A stretch of 64,000 nt of DNA from Leptogorgia sarmentosa (taxonomy: Eukaryota): positions 3,286,001 through 3,350,000 of the forward strand of contig OZ210884.1 in NCBI GenBank assembly GCA_964658305.1. The letters run 5' to 3'. Both the position numbers and the translations under genes were made by a program. Below the pieces are notes generated by a model. It did not search any database. It had not been told where the DNA came from and saw only the letters and a list, made by a program, of their open reading frames with translations. The stretch's first letter is position 1. The number at the start of each line of letters is the position of its first letter. Below, piece after piece: positions 56,804-64,000 of the stretch.

Positions 56804-57028
56804 CCTATCATGAAAAAATATATCTTGCCCAAGAACTTTGAGATAGCTCGGATTTACTATATATTACGTCATTATTCTCATTTCGTATCATCGTATCACG
56901 AAAAAATATACCTTTCCCAAGAACTTTGAGATAGCTCGGATTTATTATATATTACGTCATTATTCTCACTTCGTATCATCGTATCATGATAACAAGGCAT
57001 AGTTTCAAAACTGGGCGGGTATTCTATA
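56787..57028 (-). repeat. Inverted copy of the 42855 array (leader + ~2.3 units)
   Basis: Reverse complement reads tatagaatacccgcccagttttgaaactatgccttgttatcatgatacgatgatacgaagtgagaat... Confidence 0.9.
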
Positions 57029-60000
57029 TCGCTCCTTAGACAGTCATATTTAAACCAAAAAAGAAATTTGTTTCTCGTTTTCTTGTACAGCAAAGCTTTG
57101 ACGATACTTTGAATGTACCGGCGGTTTGTAATTTCTAAAGGAAGAGTATGTAATTGAAATTAAATTTAAACGGTTTATAACAACAACTATAACGCTCTTA
57201 CACTCCCTATAGTTTTGACATTAAAAAAAAGAAACACACACGACATACACGTGGTTCTTAGTCGCAATTTCAACTAGCCTGAGCAATTGTGGATAAAGTA
57301 AATAGTATACCTGTGGTCCAATGGCTTCGTGTCCGACGTTGCTCAATTCCGATTTCACAGTTCGAATGCAAACTCATTCTAACTCTATCCTCCGGTTTGA
57401 AAATGATTGATATTTGTTGTCGATCTTTCTTTTGCTTTAGAATCCGCGGTAAATCGTAATTTTCGTATATGTTTCGCTTTTGAATAAAGTATTTTTTGGT
57501 TTAAATAATTGCCGATGTTTACAGGATATGTTATTGCTGACGTTTCCTCGCAGTAGCGCACGCAATCTTCACATAATCCTGTGCTGTGAAAATTGCAGGC
57601 TGTTCTAAAATTTGCCGCGTATAATACCACGTGATGTCTATTGTCGGATATCACTTTCGTTTAAACTATGCCTAATGATGGGAAATGACATTCTGGTGAA
57701 GTAAAAATTCGTTTACGGCAGTAATTTATTGTACATGTTGTTTCTATTAAAGGATCGCTATAATACTATAGTATATCGCAGAGCATTTTTTAATGATTAA
57801 ATTCTGTTAAAAAAATAAAAATCCTGCAAAAGTGCCTTTTTTCCTTGAGTTTCAGCAAATATTGGAAAAAATAATTGAAAATTTGTGAAGAATGCTTTGT
57901 CATAAGACGGGTTGTAAATTTTTTACTGTGATGTCTCTGACAAAATGGCCGCCAGCAGCAAATTGAGGCCGCAATACTATACCGTGTGATAGTAATCCTT
58001 TAAGTATAACTCGTATAATCTAACGCACAATCTGCTCATCGTGATTCTGTCATTTAGTTTTATTACCAGTGAGTTGTAGTTATCAATGCAAAGTTGATAT
58101 CTTAGTTATTATAAGATGTATAGACATGACAAAAGGATCCAAATTTTTTTTCTGTTCTATGCGAAAACTTCTTAGTTAATCTATTGTCTTCTAAACATCA
58201 ATTCTATTCCTGTGTGTATGTCCATCTCTTGTTTTTCCTTACGGATACGATTAATTGTATATTCCTAGCATTGCCATTAAAAGGTGACTATTCAGTTGAG
58301 TTGTGATTGTCAGTTCCTAATTTTCTGACCCGAAGCAAGGCCAGCGGGTACCGCCAAAGCACAAGATATCGTCAAAAAGAAGATGCCACGTGTGGTCGGC
58401 GGTTGAGTTCAAAATTTTAAAACCTAGTCCTTGGTCTACGAATTATATGGTGGAGCAATGTGGAGGAATAAACTTCTGGGTGATGAAATCTTGATATTTA
58501 GAAAACTGACTCTTCTTTAACATTTAAACACAAGTAATTCTGGTATGTGTGGCTGGTTTCAAGAGATTAGATACCTAAATAATTATAATAAATGTATACT
58601 TATATAATATGCTTTGTACTCCGGCCCTCGTTGAAGAATAAATGTATTACAGATAACGATTGCGTTGCATTTTGTTTGTTTTGTCAGTCGAAATACCCGT
58701 AGGACTACTTTTACTTTGAAACCTTGTATGGCCCCTTAAATCATTTTTTTCCTTTCAAATCCATTTTTTCCTTTTAAATTAAAAGGACTTACGTTCGAAG
58801 ACATACAATGTGAGTCGGGAAGAATACCTTTCATATTCAAATTGATCGCGAACTTATTGCTGGAATTTGACGACTATTCCTAGATGCGAGTTTGACCATT
58901 TTGTCTTGTTAAGAAACTTGGGCACTGATTTTGAGCATAATTCGGGCAAAAATCTGAGGAATAAGGTAATGTCAACAATCCTCCAGTCGTTCACCTGGAC
59001 GAGCGTACCAAGAAAGTGGACTTGGGACTCTGACATCGCCGTTTCCGCAATCCACCCGATGGTGAGGTTGTAAAAGTTCAAAAAATTCTCGCTCGGCGCA
59101 AACCATTGTGACGCCTGGTGACATTCGCTACCCTCAAATTCGGGCAAATATCTTTCAGCCCCCCCCCCCTGAAAAAATGTAGCCGGTACGCTTATTCCAT
59201 GTAAATTCCTATATTCCATGGAAATTTCTGCAGCTTCATTGATTCTTTCACTTTTCACTCCCAGAGCTAATTCTATGTTTTCGATCATTCAGTGCTACAC
59301 TCCTACTATTACAGCCGCTATGACACTAACTTGAATATCAAGTCCATTTACTCACGAATAAAAATAACTAATTACATTTTGCAAAACGAGAAATGGCTTT
59401 GAAACTACCGAGCAGAAATTATTTAAACTTCACACTGAATAAAGAAATAATTGTCTATTTCATCAGAAATAGATCTATATAGAAACAGTATACATCTCAG
59501 AAATATTCCGTGTTCAGTAAATCTCATTTTGAATGCCTGAATAAATGACATCACACTCAGCTTTAATTTGCATGTTTTAGAAGACGAATGCCTCGAGGAC
59601 AAGGCTGGAAATATCGAGCAACTGATTACTTCTAAGTCTTCATATGGTTTGTTTTCAAGTGAGCTTTCATATTGAGATCAAATGTAGACGAATGATCCTT
59701 TCAAATAAACCTAATTTTGTTGCCAATCCCTTCAAAAACGGTGATTTTCAGTATAGAAGGATTTTCAAAATGCACAGGCGGACTACATTACAAATTATGA
59801 AGTCATTTGGAATGAGCGTCAACCAAGTTGCATCATTCTCCAATCATCGACATTCCAGTGATATTATTATACGTATTTTTGGACCTCATCGTTATGTAAT
59901 ATTTGGCATATATGTTGCATACAGGTTGATAATTGCTATTTTTGTGTTGCAAATTTGTTGTCTATAATTTTACGTGTAAGTTTCTCTTATGCTTAATCAA

Positions 60001-60238
60001 AACACCACAAGTAATTGATTACGGATATATTAAATTGTGGATCATCATTACTGTTTGCCTAGTCTCTATGAATGGTCATTTTGTGTATATTAATTACTTT
60101 TCAAAAATTGATTGTAATGGTAAAGTAATGAGCAAGAATCCACATCAAGAATCAGAGCATATCTTCTATTATAATATCATCGTCATGCCTTGATGCATAA
60201 TTGATTGAAGCATTATGATTGCCTTGAGTTTGATACAC

Positions 60239-63200
60239 CTCTTCCTCCTCCTCATATTTCTTGTCTTTAATCCTGAAACACAGTCATAGAACCGCAGTTG
60301 AGCAAACAGTACACATGGCATTGTGCTTCATCGCTAACGTCTACAAGTGTTCCAACGAGGCAGGGGCGTCTCCAGAACGCTAATAGCGAGTTTACGAAAT
60401 GCGACCAAATGCGACGACGCCGTCTGCATAAGAATATGCGCATGCGTGGCAAATTTCCGGCTGCTTCGCGTCCACCACGACGCCGCAAGGCAACCTAATT
60501 TGACCGCGTCTTCAAATTCAAGATGGCCGGGGGGAAAGCAACAACACCGAACGGGTCCGATTTCCTTTCTTTCGCCTTGTTCAGAACGTAATATTAAACT
60601 TTTATGCACGAAAATTCTTTTAAAGAAGGTGTAGATCTTGTAGACTTTGAAATACCTTTGTTAAAGTGTTAAAAAAACCAAGTTAACTTTCGCTCCAAAA
60701 TAATGCCGACGTCGTCCCATGCGTCGTATTTTCGTAAGCTAAATTTGTTCGTGCACTACGACGCAGCGCGGACATGACGTCGTCGTCGTGGAAGAACAAA
60801 TCGTAATCTCGCTAATTAAGGGGGGAGTGCAACTTCAAATATTTGTGTTTTGCGCGACCGATTTCGTTTGAAACACGCTGTTTTTGAATTAATTTCGCAA
60901 GATATCCGTCTGGCAGATCATCAATATTATAAATATGCACCTCTCCGAAAATAGCGCGCTAGCGACGGCTTTGAAAGATGGAAGGGTTTAATTTTGAAAA
61001 GCCAGGAGGCGTGGCTCATTAGCACGAGCGCGCTAGACCTTTTTAAACATTTTTCTCCCCCATGAGCATGAACATGAACATGAGCATGAGCACGAGCATG
61101 TGACCATGAGCACGAGCACGAGCATGAGCATGAGCATGAGTGTGGATCGTGCAATATGGCACTACAAAAAGTTTCCTTCTTGATTTACAATATTAATATC
61201 ACTTACTTTACACTAATAATCACAATGACTGCAACGATCAGCATAATAATTGCAGCAGCCACCGGGACAATGACCGCCACGAGCAGAATTGCATTACCGT
61301 CTTTCTTAGCTTCAAAGAAAAGAACTTTGTTTAGTATATGAACGGGTATAGGATTAGATCATGATTGAGAAACTACAGAGAGAGAAATCCTTTTTTTCTT
61401 GGCTTTTTCAGTAAAAGCAATGAATAAATTCAATAAACAATGAGGCACCGGAATACAAGTATAAACTCACCGACACATGCAGTAGCTACCATTGTTTTGA
61501 AATCCTTCCTTACACTGACATCGAAAGCTGAGTTCTGTATTTACACATGCACTTACTACTCAGTTTTTCAAAAAACATTTAAAGAGAGGTAGGTGGTAAT
61601 CTATTCAGATATCAAAGTCTTCAAGATGCTGCTAAGACATTTTTGAATTCGACTCTCAAGTGGAATTGGCTACTTCGCGTTTCCAAACCAGTCTTTACGA
61701 ATTTAATATCCATTCGTACACTCGACTTCAAATTATATTACTAAGAATGCGTTTCGCATAGAGAGAAAAAAATGCTCGTACCTTCGCAAGCTGTGCCATC
61801 TCCTGAATATCCTTCTTTACATTTGCAAGTAAAGGAACCCTCTGTATTTGTGCAATTTGCCTGGGCGTGACAATCATTCGTTGTAGAAGAACTGCATTCA
61901 TCAATATCTAAAGACAAACAAATGGGACATAATAAGAAGTGTACTACAATTATAAAAATTTTTATTCGGTATTCGTTTTGGTATAGATATTTTCTCTAAT
62001 ATAAATAATTGCCGTCGACTGATTTATTCCCATTAAAATGTCAATTGGTCAAGTCATGACCAAGTGTTTCTAGAATATATTATATAATATATAGAAAATT
62101 CATATGAACCATGCGGTCAAAAATATCAGGATTGGACAATGTGCTGCCCATATTGTTAACATTTGCTTACAATGATAAACAATATTTAACAATGTCAATA
62201 TAATTCAATCATGGTTTCGTCTATACATTGAAACAAGCTGATCATTCTTTGCCGGGTTATCTCTACATATTTCACTGACCTTTGCAAATTGTACCAGGAC
62301 CAAAGAATCCTCCATTACAAGTACAGATATAGGATCCAAATGTATCCGTACACGTTGCATTGCCATGGCAATCATGCATGGGATCAGACACATCACATTC
62401 ATTTACATCTAAATAATTTCAACGACTATAAATCAAGTGGCAAGCATTACATCTGATAGAATGGAGGTTTGTGGTTGGACGAGAAGCCTTTTTGCTACTT
62501 AAAAAAATGATGTTCCCCGTACGATTTAGTTGAGTCACGTGGACATCACGCACCGTATGTTTTTAGCAATGCTTGTCAATCTCAATAATGGTTTGGAATC
62601 ATTTTATGATCCCATTCGATCCACGAATTCCCTGTTATAGGGAACTATTTCTGACCGGCTATTTACACGCTGGAAATTGGAAAATCCAAGCTAAAGGTCA
62701 AGAGTGGACAACACACTAACGAGAAAAGAACAGGATTATCGCAATCGAATATAGCGATTACGGATTGTCCAAATCGTGCAATTAAATGACGACAGCAAAC
62801 AGTCGAATAAACATCACTTCACGCGTCGAACCCGTTTTTGCGCTTTCCGAGAAAAAAAATCATTGTAGTTTCTTCTAAACCAAAACACCAAAACAGTAAG
62901 GAGGTACCTGTATTTCAGGGAAATATTGTAAAGTTGGTAGTACAAACTTCATACAAAAGTCAAATTTGCAGTATTTCTAGCAAGGCCAAGTGTGTACATG
63001 TGTAATATAGCCCGGAATCGAATTGCCCTTACTGTAACAGTGAGTTCCATTTCCGGTGAATCCAGTGTTGCAATCGCATTTATATGAACCAATAAAATTA
63101 GTACAGGAAGCGTTCACATCACAATTACTTTCGCCATTGGTACATTCGTTCTTGTCTAGAAAATGTGATTGATAAGAGGTTAAAAATTGAAATTGAAATT

Positions 63201-63878
63201 TTATTGAACTTTTATCCACGTTTTTTAGATTATTTTCAATTACACGCTTTTCAATTTACAACGACACATTTTCCTTTACGAGAACACAAAATGTGTTTAA
63301 TGCCTGCTGCGGGTTTTGAGGACACACACTGAGCGTAACATCACAGTATTTGCGTCATATCAGATGTCAATCTTTCTTTGAATGCGTATATATGTAGGCT
63401 ATAATGTTTATTTGTAACAACATGCTAAATGATAAATTAATTGTATTCCTGCTTTCTTGGACACAATCCAAACAGTACTCGCTACCAATTCATTTTTTAC
63501 AGAGATTCATTGGGGAAAAATTTTTAATACCGTAATATATTGCACTCAAAATTTTCGTCTTCAAATGTTCCTCTTCTCTATAGAGGCTATTTGGGGTAAA
63601 AAATAAAGTCCTAGTTTCATTAATTTGAAAATACCCCGCCGAGAATTTAGTAGTTTTGTTTTCAACGCGCGATTATAGGTGAAAGCAATGAAAATTATTT
63701 CCCGTACCAATGCTGCAGTGTGTTCCATTCCCTGCAAATCCTTCGTTACATGTGCAATTGTAAAAACCAGCAGTATTTGTACACGTAGAGTTGGCGTGGC
63801 AGTCGTGATGTGTTCCTGATGTGTTCGTACATGTTGCATTTCCATCACATGGTATAACGCTTTGGCACTCATCGATAT
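60239..63878 (-). CDS. 3' part of a single-pass membrane protein with tandem calcium-binding EGF domains; 5' end beyond the window; possibly decaying
   Basis: Phase-1 cbEGF exons 63878-63708, 63155-63033, 62408-62280, 61907-61782; broken EGF exon ~61555-61471; TM exon 61309-61207 ([35 protein letters not shown]); phase-compatible cytoplasmic exon 60272-60239 ([11 protein letters not shown]); last exon not resolved. Confidence 0.85.
60384..60814. mobile_element. MITE in an intron
   Basis: TIR tagcgagtttacga ... tcgtaatctcgcta; internal cgacgacg/cgtcgtcg motifs. Confidence 0.65.
61061..61140. repeat. Hexanucleotide microsatellite (CATGAG/CACGAG)n
   Basis: Direct reading. Confidence 0.9.
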
Positions 63879-64000
63879 CTGAAATAATACATGTGAATGT
63901 AATGAACATTTCAGTTTTCTCAAAATTAGTCATGATTTTAACACAGATGATCTAACATGCTATTTCGGCAAATGTCATGGGCATACGGTCTGCAATTTTA

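Noticed and set aside
42855..57028. Intact Maverick/Polinton or endogenous virus
   Set aside because: No integrase, ATPase, protease or capsid recognised; pPolB is partial and frameshifted; no 6 bp TSD.
57385..57654. 89 aa Cys-containing ORF as a viral gene
   Set aside because: No recognisable family, non-ATG start; left uncalled.
58854..59288. 144 aa - strand ORF similar to the ORF at 2667-2855
   Set aside because: The similarity comes from a shared non-coding dispersed repeat; no domain; frame not conserved.
60927..61154. Cys/His-rich 75 aa ORF
   Set aside because: Translation of the CATGAG microsatellite.

Overview
AT-rich, intron-containing animal genomic DNA; the domain content and repeat families look most like a cnidarian/anthozoan (inference). 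(1) A complete 19-coding-exon + strand gene (17644-34754, about 1490 aa, all splice phases consistent) encodes a secreted protein: signal peptide, three Trp/Cys repeats resembling the biomphalysin small lobe, 3x[VWD(GDPH)-C8-EGF], FA58C, EGF, FA58C, EGF. (2) The 3' part of a - strand cbEGF transmembrane gene with damaged exons lies at about 60.2-63.9 kb, and a lone Ig-like exon at 1651-1962. (3) A recent 3x ~2.6 kb non-coding tandem triplication spans 4.3-12.1 kb. (4) Minimal hammerhead ribozyme motifs of two Penelope-like families occur at 3.1, 12.4/12.55 and 21.9 kb. (5) A ~14 kb mosaic (42.9-57.0 kb) bracketed by inverted repeat arrays holds broken coding pieces of Merlin, DIRS gag, Polinton pPolB, GCM-MULE, Myb/SANT and other genes, all on the - strand: a candidate unistrand piRNA-cluster-like transposon trap. 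(6) There are many MITEs and recurrent TA>TAGCTA/TACGTA micro-insertions that look like excision footprints. Family assignments come from motif recognition only; no searches were run.
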